DNA of 64,000 bases from Alphaproteobacteria bacterium. GTDB taxonomy: Bacteria; Pseudomonadota; Alphaproteobacteria; SP197. A model generated the notes under the pieces. The model had not been told where the DNA came from. It worked only from the letters and a program-made list of their open reading frames with translations, and searched no databases. Both the position numbers and the translations under genes were made by a program. This document shows, one piece after another, positions 20,339 to 30,850 of the stretch (position 1 is the first letter of the stretch; each line of letters opens with the position of its first letter). The stretch covers positions 768,001 to 832,000 of the forward strand of contig OZ219920.1 in the NCBI GenBank assembly GCA_964291415.2. The letters are read 5' to 3'.

Positions 20339-21005
20339 GCATCAAGCTCCCTTGAGACCATGGTCAATCATGACAACTGTCGCCGGCCGATGCCAACCCG
20401 GGCCATGCACATCGAGTTTCGGGTGCCTGCATCGGTCAGGGCAGAGATCATTCGCCCCGACTGCAAGCCGCATCGTGTGCGGTGATGTCGCGTCATCCCG
20501 GACTCGTATCGAACACCGGCACGACGTTCCCCTTCGTGGTGTCAACCCGATCTTGCCCCTGGAATCTGCGTCATGTCCGGCGGCGGACATGGGTCCACGT
20601 CCAGGTTGTTGTCATCGACGTGTCGGGAAAGCCTGAACGGTTCGACGGGAACCTCAAAGGCAGGCGGGGCTCACCTCCCCACGCCAAGGCTTGCAACAGC
20701 ACGGTGACCCGCAGGTCTCCATCCGCCAAGACCGGCATTGAACGGATGGATGACACGGAGCATGCCATCACACAGATGACGCCAATCGCGGGCTCTTGCA
20801 CTGAAGGGCAGAACCGACCTCATGTTCCCGTTCGCCCTCGGCGGCGTCGGCAAGCCGCGATATCGAGATCAGCTGGCCGCGAATGGCATGAGCAGTTGCT
20901 TGACGTTCCCCCGAGAACGGATGAACCTGATTTGGCTGGAACCGGGACAACCGGCTCGACTCCAGGAAGGAGACATCAATTTCGAAGTAGGGGGAGGAAT
21001 CAATC

Positions 21006-22133
21006 GTGGACAAGTCCAGACTTCGGGATCTGATTTACGCGTCGCGCACCGATCGTCGCGCCTTCAACCGCCATCTTGCTTCGCTGGGTCTGGCGTGTGT
21101 CGCCGTGCCGCTGGCGCCACGAATGGTCCGAGCCGCCGGTGACATGACCTATTTCACGTGGGCCGGCTACGAGATTCCCGAACTGCATCCTGCCTATGTC
21201 GAAGAGTACGGCGGATCACCGGAGGTCGCCTTCTTCGCCGACGAGGAAGAGGCCCTGATCAAGCTGCGGCAAGGTTACAATGCCGACGTCGTTCATCCCT
21301 GCAACACCGTCGTTCAGCGTTGGTATGAGGCCGGTGTCATCAAGCAACTCGACACGTCGCGATTGCAGTACTGGGACAACCTCATTCCAGCATTGCGGGA
21401 CGTGCCTGGGACGACTGCGGATGGCAAGCCGATCTTTGTGGCGAATGACTGGGGCAGCCACTCGATCGCCTATCGCACCGACGTGATCGATCCGGACTAC
21501 GCCAGGGAGAAATCCTGGGAATTGTTGCTCGATGAAAACTATGCCGGGCGTCTGTCGATGTGGGACTCGGTGGACGCGGCTGTCGCTTTCGCCGCCATGA
21601 TCCTCGGGGTCCGGGACACAACCAGCGTCACCGACGACCAGGTCGCGCAGATGAAGGATGTTCTGTTGCGTCAAAAGGCATTGTTGCGCTCCTATTGGTC
21701 GGTCGAGACCGACGGCGAGGCCATGATGTCGTCCGGTGAAGTCGTCGCCTCGTATTTCTGGAGCGGGCCAATCCTGAGGCTCCAGAATGCCGGCATTCCC
21801 GTGGAGTACATGCTTGATCCGAAAGGCGGCATCATTTCGTGGGCCTGCGGGCTCGTCATGGCCGCAAACGGCGGCGGCGACGAAGAGGCGGCCTACGACT
21901 TCATCAATGCCTGGAACTCGCCCGAAGCCGGCAAGTTCCTCATTGAGGTCTACGGCTACGGCCACGCGAACCTGCTGACCTACGACATCGTCGATCCGTC
22001 GATTCTCGATGCCATGGGGCTCGGCGGCGACATCGCCGGGTACCTTTCGGACTCGCTTCCATGGCAGTCGTGGCCACCCGAAGCGCTGCAGCGCTACGTC
22101 ACCATGTACGATGAGGTGAAGCTGGCCGAGTGA
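21006..22133 (+). CDS. PotD/PotF-like polyamine ABC substrate-binding protein, Tat-exported, orphan
   Basis: DRRAFNRHL leader, FTWAGYE, DWG, PKGGIISW, AAYDFINAW; RBS GGAGG upstream. Confidence 0.85.
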   Translation: MDKSRLRDLIYASRTDRRAFNRHLASLGLACVAVPLAPRMVRAAGDMTYFTWAGYEIPELHPAYVEEYGGSPEVAFFADEEEALIKLRQGYNADVVHPCNTVVQRWYEAGVIKQLDTSRLQYWDNLIPALRDVPGTTADGKPIFVANDWGSHSIAYRTDVIDPDYAREKSWELLLDENYAGRLSMWDSVDAAVAFAAMILGVRDTTSVTDDQVAQMKDVLLRQKALLRSYWSVETDGEAMMSSGEVVASYFWSGPILRLQNAGIPVEYMLDPKGGIISWACGLVMAANGGGDEEAAYDFINAWNSPEAGKFLIEVYGYGHANLLTYDIVDPSILDAMGLGGDIAGYLSDSLPWQSWPPEALQRYVTMYDEVKLAE

Positions 22134-22218
22134 GCGCCGGAACCGGCAGTTCTGGCGTTGGTTGGCCCGATTGCGATCTTGCGGCTGAACCGGATCTGAT
22201 CGTTCGCGAAAGGAATCG

Positions 22219-24414
22219 ATGACGACAACAAGACCGATGATGTGTCGCTTCTGCGACAACGGTTGCGGCGTCTTGATTGAGCTCGAGAACGGGCGCCCGG
22301 TGAAGGTTCGCGGTGATCGCGACAACCCGGCATACGCAGGCTTCTGCTGCATCAAGGGACAGCAGGTGCCCGACCAGTGGAATCACCCGGGGCGCCTGCT
22401 GCACAGTCAAAGGCGCATGGCCGACGGGACGTATCGTCCGATCCCGCTTTGCGATGCGGTCGAGGAGATCAGCGAGCGACTGAGCGACATCGTGGCGAAG
22501 CACGGGCCACGATCGGTTGCGCTCTACAGAGGCACCTACAGTGTCGTCAATCCCGCGACGGTGCCGGTTGCCCTTGCCTTCATGGAGGCAATCGGATCGC
22601 CCCTGGTTTTCGACACGAATTCGATCGATCAACCGGGCAAGGCCGTTGCCCAGGCCCTCCACGGAACCTGGCTGGCACCTCCGCCGGCGTTCGAAACGCG
22701 GGATGTCGCCCTCTTGATCGGCGCCAACCCGCTGGTCTCCTATCAGATGGGTCTGCCGCTGGCGAACCCGGGACGCGAACTGACGGCCGCCATCGCTCGC
22801 GGAATGCGCCTTATCGTCATCGACCCACGGCGGACCGAGACTGCCCGACGTGCACGCCTGCACCTGCAGTGCCGGCCCGGCCACGACCTGGTTCTGGTCG
22901 CGGCAATGCTCAACGTCATCTTCCGCGAGAACCTGTTCGACGGGGAGTTCGTCAAGGAGAACGTGACGGGCCTCGAAGCGCTCCGGACCTCCGTGGCGCC
23001 ATTCGAACCCGACCTTGTCGGCGAGCGCGCAGGCGTTCCGGTCGCCGACCTGTTGGAGGCAGCGCGGATCTTTGCCGCGGGACGCGGCGTTGCGACCGCC
23101 GGTACGGCCCCGAGTTTCAACGGCGAGGGCACGCTCTTCGAGTACCTGCTCCTGGCGCTCAACACGGTCTGCGGACAGTGGAGTCGCGTGGGAGATGCCG
23201 TGACGCATACCGGGACCCTGACGCCCGCCTTTCCCGCCATCGCACAGGCGTCCGCGCCACACCGTGGCTACGGCTATGATCCGCAGCTCCGGGTGCGCGA
23301 TATCGCCAACTGCGACGGCGGCCTCCAGGTGTCGGCACTGGCCGAGGAGATCCTGCTTGAAGGCAACGGGCAGATTCGTGCGCTCGTGAGCGTTGCCGGC
23401 AACCCTGCCGTGACCATTCCCGATCAGGTCCTGAACGTGCGGGCGCTCGAGTCGCTCGATCTGCTGGTACAGATCGACATCAAGTTCTCGGCAACGGCCC
23501 GCCTCGCAGACTACGTGATCGCGCCGAAACTCCCTGTCGAGATGGCAGGCATGACCCTGTCCCAGGAGCTCACCAGTTTCTATGCGCCCGGCATGGGCTA
23601 CAAGGACGCCTACGCGCAGTACACGCCGCCCATCGTCGAGCCGCCCGAGGGGTCGGATGTTGTCGAGGACTGGGAATTCTTCTATGTCCTGGCGCAGCAC
23701 ATGGGGCTGCGACTCGCGATCGAACCGGCAGCCGCTCCGGGGACGTCTGTCAACGGCGGCAAGGTCGACCTCGACATGGAGTCTCGACCGAGTACCGACG
23801 AAGTCTTCGAGATCCTGACGCGTGATGCGCGAGTGCCGCTGGAAGAGGTCAGGAAACATCCCCACGGCGCCATCTTCCGTGACGAGTCACTGGTCGTCGA
23901 AGGACGCGAGCCGGGCTGGGCCGAGCGTCTCGACGTTGGCAACCCGGAGATGCTTGGCGATCTTGCGGAGGCGGCCGACGATTTCGAGAACGCCCGGCAC
24001 ACCGAAGCGCAGGAACTCCGCCCCTATCGCCTGATCAACGGGCGCCTGATACACGCCTACAACACGAACGGTCAGGACCTCGAGGGGCTGCGGCGCAAGT
24101 GGCCCTACAATCCGGCGTTCATGCATCCCGACGACCTCGATCGCGAAGCCCTCTGCGCGGGGGATACGGTTGAGATTCGTTCCAAGCACGGCTCGATCCG
24201 GGGCATCGTCCAGCCTGACCCCGACCTTCGGATCGGCGTCGTCTCCATGGCGCCAACATACGGTGGCCTCCCCGGCGAGCAGGACGAACAGGTCCACGAG
24301 CGGGGAACGAACTCCGGTCGTCTGCTACGTGTCGACGACGGTGTCGATCGCTACACGGGCCAGCCAAGGATGGGGAACATTCCTGTCAGCGTGCGAGCCT
24401 GGGTCAAGAACTGA
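22219..24414 (+). CDS. Molybdopterin-dependent oxidoreductase (DMSO reductase superfamily), catalytic subunit
   Basis: N-terminal CRFCDNGC...C Fe-S motif, IGANPLVS, IVIDPRRTETA, C-terminal AFMHPDD...VEIRSKHG. Confidence 0.88.
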   Translation: MTTTRPMMCRFCDNGCGVLIELENGRPVKVRGDRDNPAYAGFCCIKGQQVPDQWNHPGRLLHSQRRMADGTYRPIPLCDAVEEISERLSDIVAKHGPRSVALYRGTYSVVNPATVPVALAFMEAIGSPLVFDTNSIDQPGKAVAQALHGTWLAPPPAFETRDVALLIGANPLVSYQMGLPLANPGRELTAAIARGMRLIVIDPRRTETARRARLHLQCRPGHDLVLVAAMLNVIFRENLFDGEFVKENVTGLEALRTSVAPFEPDLVGERAGVPVADLLEAARIFAAGRGVATAGTAPSFNGEGTLFEYLLLALNTVCGQWSRVGDAVTHTGTLTPAFPAIAQASAPHRGYGYDPQLRVRDIANCDGGLQVSALAEEILLEGNGQIRALVSVAGNPAVTIPDQVLNVRALESLDLLVQIDIKFSATARLADYVIAPKLPVEMAGMTLSQELTSFYAPGMGYKDAYAQYTPPIVEPPEGSDVVEDWEFFYVLAQHMGLRLAIEPAAAPGTSVNGGKVDLDMESRPSTDEVFEILTRDARVPLEEVRKHPHGAIFRDESLVVEGREPGWAERLDVGNPEMLGDLAEAADDFENARHTEAQELRPYRLINGRLIHAYNTNGQDLEGLRRKWPYNPAFMHPDDLDREALCAGDTVEIRSKHGSIRGIVQPDPDLRIGVVSMAPTYGGLPGEQDEQVHERGTNSGRLLRVDDGVDRYTGQPRMGNIPVSVRAWVKN

Positions 24415-24658
24415 CCCGGAGTCGTGACGGTTGGTACAATCTCCTGCAAGGGGTGGAGACTGATGCCTCTGCTCTCAATCGGACATCCTCGCGTCTCACC
24501 CGGTATCGTGTCGCGCGGACTGGCTCCATGCCGGCTTCAGGCTGTCGCGTCGCGGCAGCGGGACAACCTGAACCACTGCGAAGAACAGGGATTCGACGAT
24601 GTCCTGTCGCGTGCGCCGCAGCAACGACGGACAGCACGCCCGGTCGCGCGCCTTGGCC

Positions 24659-25570
24659 TTACGGCGTCCTTCTTGCTCCGAAGGCGCCGATGTAGCCGGT
24701 GGTGTCGAAGACGCCCCAGGCCTCCTCGTGCGCCGGCCCGTGGAAGGCTCCGGAGAGGTGGTCGGTCCCGGCGACGCCCGCGGCGAAGCGGCCGCCGGCA
24801 AGCGCCATGCCGGTCCAGTCGCCGATGGTGTGGCCGGCCACGTCGATGCCGACATCGACCCGCGGCTGCGAGAGATCGGCGATGGTCACCGTCGCCGTGC
24901 CCATGAGCCGCTCGAAGGTCCCCGTCGGGCTCGCCTCGGCGATGCCTCGCCACGTCGCGCTCCCCGTGCCGGCGGGGTTCGTGCCCGTGGCGTCGCCCGC
25001 CACGTAGGCCCGGGCCAGGGAGAAGCCGCCGGTGTACGCCGTCCCCTCGATCGTCGCCGCCAGCGGGCCTTCGCCCAGCGCCAGCACCGCGAAGCCGTGA
25101 TCGCCCCAGAACCCCCAGCTCGTCACCTCCGGAGAGGCGCTGAGGACCTCGAGGCTCTCCCGCGTCGTCGCCGTGGCGAACCCGCCACGCGTGCCGAGGC
25201 TCGCCTCGATCGTCTCGGGGCCCATGGCGCCCGAGGCGGAGGCGTCGAACAGGTCCGCCACCGTGGTCGCCGTGCCGTCCGCCGCAACGCAGCGGCCGCC
25301 GGCGCAGGTGACGCCCTCGACGCTGGAGTCCTCGATCGCCGCCCCGCCCTCGGCCATCAGGGACGCGTGCGTGCGCGAGCCGGTCATCAGCAGCGTGTCG
25401 GCACGCTCGAGCACGCCGCCGAGGCGGGCCACGTCCTCGTTGGCCGAGCCCGACAGACCCGACCCCGCGCCCGGCTCGCCGGGCGAGGAGGAGCCCCCGC
25501 CGCCGCCGCAGGCGGCGAGGGCCACGGCCGCGGCCACCACGGCCGCGGTCATCACTGTCCTGGAGTTCAT
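24659..25570 (-). CDS. Surface lipoprotein with TbpB/transferrin-binding-like C-terminal beta-barrel
   Basis: Lipobox VALAA|C followed by GGGGGSSS linker. Barrel motifs SATWRG, GAFHGPAHEEAWGVF, IGAFGARR. RBS-like AAGAGGGA upstream. Confidence 0.75.
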   Translation of the reverse strand: MNSRTVMTAAVVAAAVALAACGGGGGSSSPGEPGAGSGLSGSANEDVARLGGVLERADTLLMTGSRTHASLMAEGGAAIEDSSVEGVTCAGGRCVAADGTATTVADLFDASASGAMGPETIEASLGTRGGFATATTRESLEVLSASPEVTSWGFWGDHGFAVLALGEGPLAATIEGTAYTGGFSLARAYVAGDATGTNPAGTGSATWRGIAEASPTGTFERLMGTATVTIADLSQPRVDVGIDVAGHTIGDWTGMALAGGRFAAGVAGTDHLSGAFHGPAHEEAWGVFDTTGYIGAFGARRTP

Positions 25571-25608
25571 CGCAAGCATCCCTCTTGTCACGTTGGATCC
25601 GCGCCGGC

Positions 25609-28600
25609 TCAGAAGCGCAGACGCACGTCAAGCCTGAGCAGGTGCTCGGTCCCGGCGCCCTCGCGGCGCTCGCCCGCAAACTCGACATGCAGGCGCTCCG
25701 CCTCGAAGCGCGTCCCCAGCCGCAGCCGCCGGCTGTCGCCGCCGGCCACGCCGGTCTCCGCAAACGGCGTCAGCAACCCGTAGGGCGTCACGCCCAGGCC
25801 GTAGCCGATGCGCGCGTCCAGCGCCATGGCGCCGCCACCCGACGCCTCGCCCACCGTCGGCAGCTCGGCGCCCCACAGCGCCTCGGCGGCGCCCGTGCCG
25901 GCCCCCCAGTGCGGGCTCAGCATCAGCGACAGGCCGCGGCCCTGGGCTCCCGGACCGACACGCGCCGTCACGCTCACGCCGCGCTCCTCGGCGCCCTCCT
26001 CGGAGTGCGCCGCCAGCCAGCGGCCCCGCGCCTCCACATGGAACCGCGGCGCCGTGTAGCGCACGCCGCCCACGGTCTCCAGGCCGCTCCCGGCCAGACC
26101 GTCGCCGCCGTCGCGCCGCGCCGCCGCCTCGACGAAGGGCACCAGCGCCGTGTCGCCGTCCAGCGCAATGCGCCGCGACGCCTCCAGGCCCGTGCGCAGG
26201 CGCCAGCTGTCCGCCGTCAGGCCGTCCACATAGTCCGGGCCGTCGTCGGTCTCCAGGCGCGCCAGGCTGGCGTCCGCCCGCACCGCAAGGTCGAGGCCGG
26301 CCAGGGCCGGAAGCGCATGGCGCAGTCCCGCCGAGCCCATCCACATCACAAGGTCGCTGGTCTCGGCCTCGCCGCCCTCCAGGCGGTGCCGCGCCTCGCC
26401 GCGGCCGGCGCCCAGAACGCCGTGCAGTTCCAGGTCCTCCGACAGCGTCCACCGCCCGTAGGGGTAGAGCGCCGTCAGATCGGTCTCCAGGCGGCCCTCG
26501 CCGGAGCCCGCCGCGCCGTCGAAGCGGTAGTCCGCCTCGCCCGTGCCGTGGCTCACCGCCAGACCCGCCACCCACGGTCCCGACCGGGCGTCGATGCCCA
26601 GCCAGCCCGTGCGCAGCTCGCCCTCGTAGCGCATCCCTTCCGGGCGCCCCGCGAAGGTCCCGAGATCGCCGCGGCCCCACACCGCCCACAGCGGTGCATC
26701 CGAACCCTCGGCCTCACCCAGCGTCAGCGAGAACGCGCTCGCCTGCATGAGCTCTTCGGCCTCGACGCTCCGGCTGCGCACCGAAGCGCAGACCTCGCCG
26801 GCGTCCGTCTGCCCGAGGCGGCCCGGAACGTCGGGCACACACCTCCGCCCCACATCCGCAGGACCCGCCCCGGACACCCCGAACGGCACCGTCTCGCCGG
26901 CCAGCGTCAGACCGCTCGCCGGCACCGAGGCCGCAAACCGCGCCGCGATGTTGTCGAGCGCGCTCGACAGCGCCCGCCGCGCCACCGCCGCCAGCGTGCG
27001 CCGCACCGAACGCTTCACCAGCGCCGTGCGGGCGTCCGCCACCGTCACCTGGAACGTCAGGATCGCCGCATCCGTGTCCGCCAGGTTGGCGTCCGCGTCG
27101 TCCGCCCGCCAGGTGAAGACCCACTCTCCCTGCGACGCCGGCGTCCCCGACAGCGTCCGCGATCGCCGCGTCGATGTCGAGACCCGCCAGGCCCGCGGGA
27201 TCCGAGGTCAGGGCGTAGCTCAGCTCGCCGTTGCCCCCCGTCGCCGCCGGCAGCTCCGCAGGCTCCATCGCCTCGCCAACCGTCAGCACCAGGGATGCCA
27301 TCGGCGCCCCGAAGACCGGCGCCGTGTCGTCGTCGACCGGCTCCGTCGGCTCCGTCGGTCCCGTGTCACCGCCGGGCGAGACGTCGGGTGGAGGCCGGAG
27401 TCACCTTCAAGGCCTCGAAGCCCGCCGCCACGTTGCCCGCGATGTCCTGGATCGGGTCGTCGCTACGTCCGGATCGGAGTTCCGGTAGGTCCAGGTTCAC
27501 GCGCTGGCCGTCCGTCACCGTCCGGCCCAGCGTCAGCACCACCGTCCGGCCGGCCACCTCGACTTTGCTCACGATCGTGTGGATGTTGGTTACGGTCCCA
27601 TCGGAGTGGATGTCGTCCACGCTGACGGTGAACCTGGACGGCTCAGGCGCTGGCGTGCGGGACGGGTGCAGATACTCGTCGTAGACGAGCGTCAGCACCT
27701 TCCCCTGCACGCTGGCGCTGCGCAGCTCCGGCGCCTTCGCGTCGGACGTGAGGTTGTCGACCTCCTCGCCGTCGAGGTCTGGCGCCTCGTTGAGTTTCGC
27801 GTGGGTGTCCCGGATCGGGAATCGTGTCCTTCGTGTAGCTCACCGTGACCGCCTCGTCCTTGTCGACCGCCGAGTCCAGGGTCAGCACGACCGCGCTGCC
27901 GGTCACGTCGACGCCTGACGGTCGAGCGTATTCGTCCCCGCCGCCGTCACCGTGAAGTCCGTGGTCGCCGGCACGGAGTTCTGGTCCAGCGGCTCGTCGT
28001 AGAGCAGCGCCAGCGTCGTCGAGTGCACCACGGCGTCCTCCAGCACCGGCGGCTCGCCCGTGACGTTGTCGACCGCCTGGTCCGTGAAGCTCTCCACCGG
28101 ACCCCCCGTGCCGTCGGCAAGCCGGATCGGCTTTTCCGCGTCCGAGGTGTAGCTCACCGTGACCGTCTCGCCCTCGCCGACCGCCGAGGCCAGGGTCAGT
28201 TCCACCGTGCTGCCGCTCACGTCGACATCGGTGACGGAGAGCGAGTTGCCCGCTGCCGTCACCGCGAAGTCAGCCGGGGCTGGCTCGGAATCCTCGTCCA
28301 GCGCCTCGTCGAAGGTCAGTGTCAGCACCTGGCCGTCCACCGAAGCGGTCGCGAGTAACGGGCCGCACGCATACGCCGTCGTGCCGACGATCTCCGTCGA
28401 CACCGACGCCCCTTCGCCGTCGGTCGCTGTTACCGTGACCACCGTCTCGAACGTGCCGCCCGGGCCCGCTGGCCGCTGCGCCAGCGCGCATAGGTCGGCC
28501 ACGGATTTGATCGCGAAGGCCGCCTTCCTCAGGTGGGGGTAGTAACCCATCTGCTTGACCACGTCGGCGGGCTCCGCCGTGGCCGTGACGAGCAGCTGGT

Positions 28601-30709
28601 TGGCGGTGGGAGTGGGGTTGGGGGTTTCGGGGGTGGGAACGACAATCCCGGGGTTGCTGGTGATGTCCGGGTCGCTGAAGACCATGTCCATGAACACGAG
28701 AGTGCCCGGGGCGCGTTACGCATCAGATTGGTCTCGTCCACCATGACGGTCGGCCGGTGGTTGGACGTGTTCACCGTCACCGAAAAGTTCCTGAAGAAGG
28801 CCGTCGTCAGGTTGGCGCCCGGGCGGTGGCTCACGGTGACCGTGTCGCCGGCCCACGCCGCCTCCGGCAGCGTGAGCGTCACCGGCGTGGTCAGCACGTT
28901 GCCCAAAGTCGAGCCCGAGCCCACCTCAATCGTGCTCGGCGTCAGCGCCTGCCCGTTCACCGTGACCGTGTACTCGGAACTCTGCAGGCCGGACGGACTG
29001 AAGCTGGTGGAACTTTCACTTCTGTAGGACAGCGTCAGCGTCGTCCCGTCCAGTGTTGCGGACCCAAGCTGCGGGCACGTCGGCACGTTGCCGTTGCCTG
29101 AATAAGTGGTCAGGCGAAAATTCCGCGTGATCGACGCCGTCGCGCCGTAGGGGTCGGTCGCCGTCAGCGTGGCGGTGACCGTGGGATCCCCCTTGTTCCC
29201 GCGCGGAAGGATCAGCGGCTCGAGGTTCGCCAGCTGGCAGGGGGACTTGGCCATGTACCGAAGATACCTGTCAGTGACGTCGGAATTGTCGCTGTCGTCA
29301 ATGAACCCACCGTCAGTGTGCGCGTCGTCGCGGCTCAGGCTCAGCGAGAACGTCAGCGCGTCGCCGTCGGGGTCGCTGAACCACGACCTGTCGGCTTTCA
29401 GCGAGACCAGCTCCCCGCTCGGCGCGTCGACGCTTGCATCCCGCCGGATGTTCGGGAGGTTCTCGTGGAAGACGGGCGCATTGTTGTTCGCCCTCACATC
29501 CACCGCCACGTTGGTGAAGGAGGCCGTCTCGTTGCCGACGAGGTCCTGGATCGGACCGAACCTGAGGCCCGTCTGGCGCGCGAGCGACTTGTCATACTCC
29601 ACCGTGACGGACGTGGGGTTGGCCGGCACCGCTGAGGCCAGCGTCAGCGTGACGCTGCTGCCTGCAACCTCGGCGCGGTCGACCGTCACGCTGGACCGTA
29701 CCCCCCCGGGCTCCTGCACCCGAACCGAGAAGGCCAGGGTGGCCGGAACCGATCTCGGGTCCAGCTGCTCGTCGAAGTTCAGGCGAAGCCGCTTGGGCTC
29801 GGCTGTGACCAGGCGCGCGTTCGAAAGGGACGGAGCCGTACTGTCCTCCGTGCCGTTCACGCGGATCTTCATGGCAAGGGGGTTTGATCGCCATGCACCT
29901 GGGTCGGCTATGTCCTGGAATTGAACATCGTCGGCCACGCCCCACCCGGACTTCCCTCCCGAATCCTCGGTGTTGCTACGCGTAGTTTCGACAATGCCGC
30001 CTCCGGCAACGGTCACCCAGTACTCGGTATTGGGGTTCAGCGTCGTGCCGGCGGGCGCGGTGAACGCGAGATTGCGCATGTCGTACGCCGATGGATGGTT
30101 CAGGGTAGCGACCACTGTGGGCGTGGTGCTGCCGGGCAGTCCTGTGACCACTTGCACGGTCGTGGAAACACCCGGTCCCGACGCTGTGAATCTAATCTCG
30201 ATACTGCTGAGGTGGATGCTGACGCTACCGGTCGTGAACCCCTGCGCTCCTCTCCAACTCCCGGTATCTAAGATCGTATGGCCGGCCTGCCCGATATTGC
30301 TCACCAGCACGTCGGCGGACGCCGGCGCGGCCGTGGCGAGCGCTGCCGTCACGGTCACCAGCATCGCTGCTGCCCGCCCGGCAAAGGCGAGCGCGGGACG
30401 GAACGAGCGGGGACGCGCCGCTGGCCCGGAGCAGGCCCGGAAGGGTTCGGCGGACACGAGGCGGCCGACAAGGCCGGACAGGTGCGAAAGGAAGGGGGAG
30501 GCAGGTCCCGCCCTGAGGCGGAACGGCAGGCTCAGCGCGCGGGCAGGGCCATTCGAGGTGCGGGCATGCCGCTCCCGCCGGCGGGTCTCGTTGCGGCCGA
30601 CGGCGTCAAGCCACGCGCCGGACTGAGGAAACACGGGGCGCGCTCGGCGCCTGATTTTGCCACCAGAACCGCATTCGCGAACCGGGTTTTCGACTCGATG
30701 TGAAGTCAC
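25609..30709 (-). pseudogene. Large autotransporter adhesin (N-terminal 'choice-of-anchor R'-like domain, ~5 SwmB-like repeats, 2 cadherin-like repeats, putative Ig domain, type Va beta-domain), split by 5 frameshifts
   Basis: Consecutive minus-strand ORFs 28529..30709, 27903..28697, 27643..27906, 27366..27710, 26714..27301 and 25609..27048 join across shifts at ~28710, ~27920, ~27815, ~27390 and ~27163. SwmB-like LTLTFDEALD...FAVT...VELTLASAV...VTVSYT. Beta-domain WAVWGRGD...LYPYGRW... ends in RLRF. RBS GAGGGAG before GTG 30709. Confidence 0.82.
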
Positions 30710-30850
30710 TGACCCATCTCCCTCTCAGACAGTCCCACCGCCGGCCGCAACGCCGGGAACCGCTTCGGCGTCCTGGCCGCACAACCGCGGCTCGCAGACC
30801 CCGAAATCGTCCGATTCGACGCTATACGGGAATCTCAAGTCCCGAAAAGT

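Noticed and set aside
20884-20900. Sigma54-like TGGCATGAGCAGTTGCT upstream of the polyamine SBP
   Set aside because: GG-to-GC spacing is 11 nt rather than the required 10.
27339-27364. Short tandem repeat GGCTCCGTC x2-3
   Set aside because: Encodes the PTEPTEP linker. It is not a CRISPR or a meaningful VNTR.
25585-27684. 699-aa plus-strand ORF
   Set aside because: Antisense shadow of the autotransporter beta-domain.
28608-28640. G-run cluster resembling a G-quadruplex or contingency tract
   Set aside because: Explained by the PTPETPNPTPT proline linker encoded on the minus strand.
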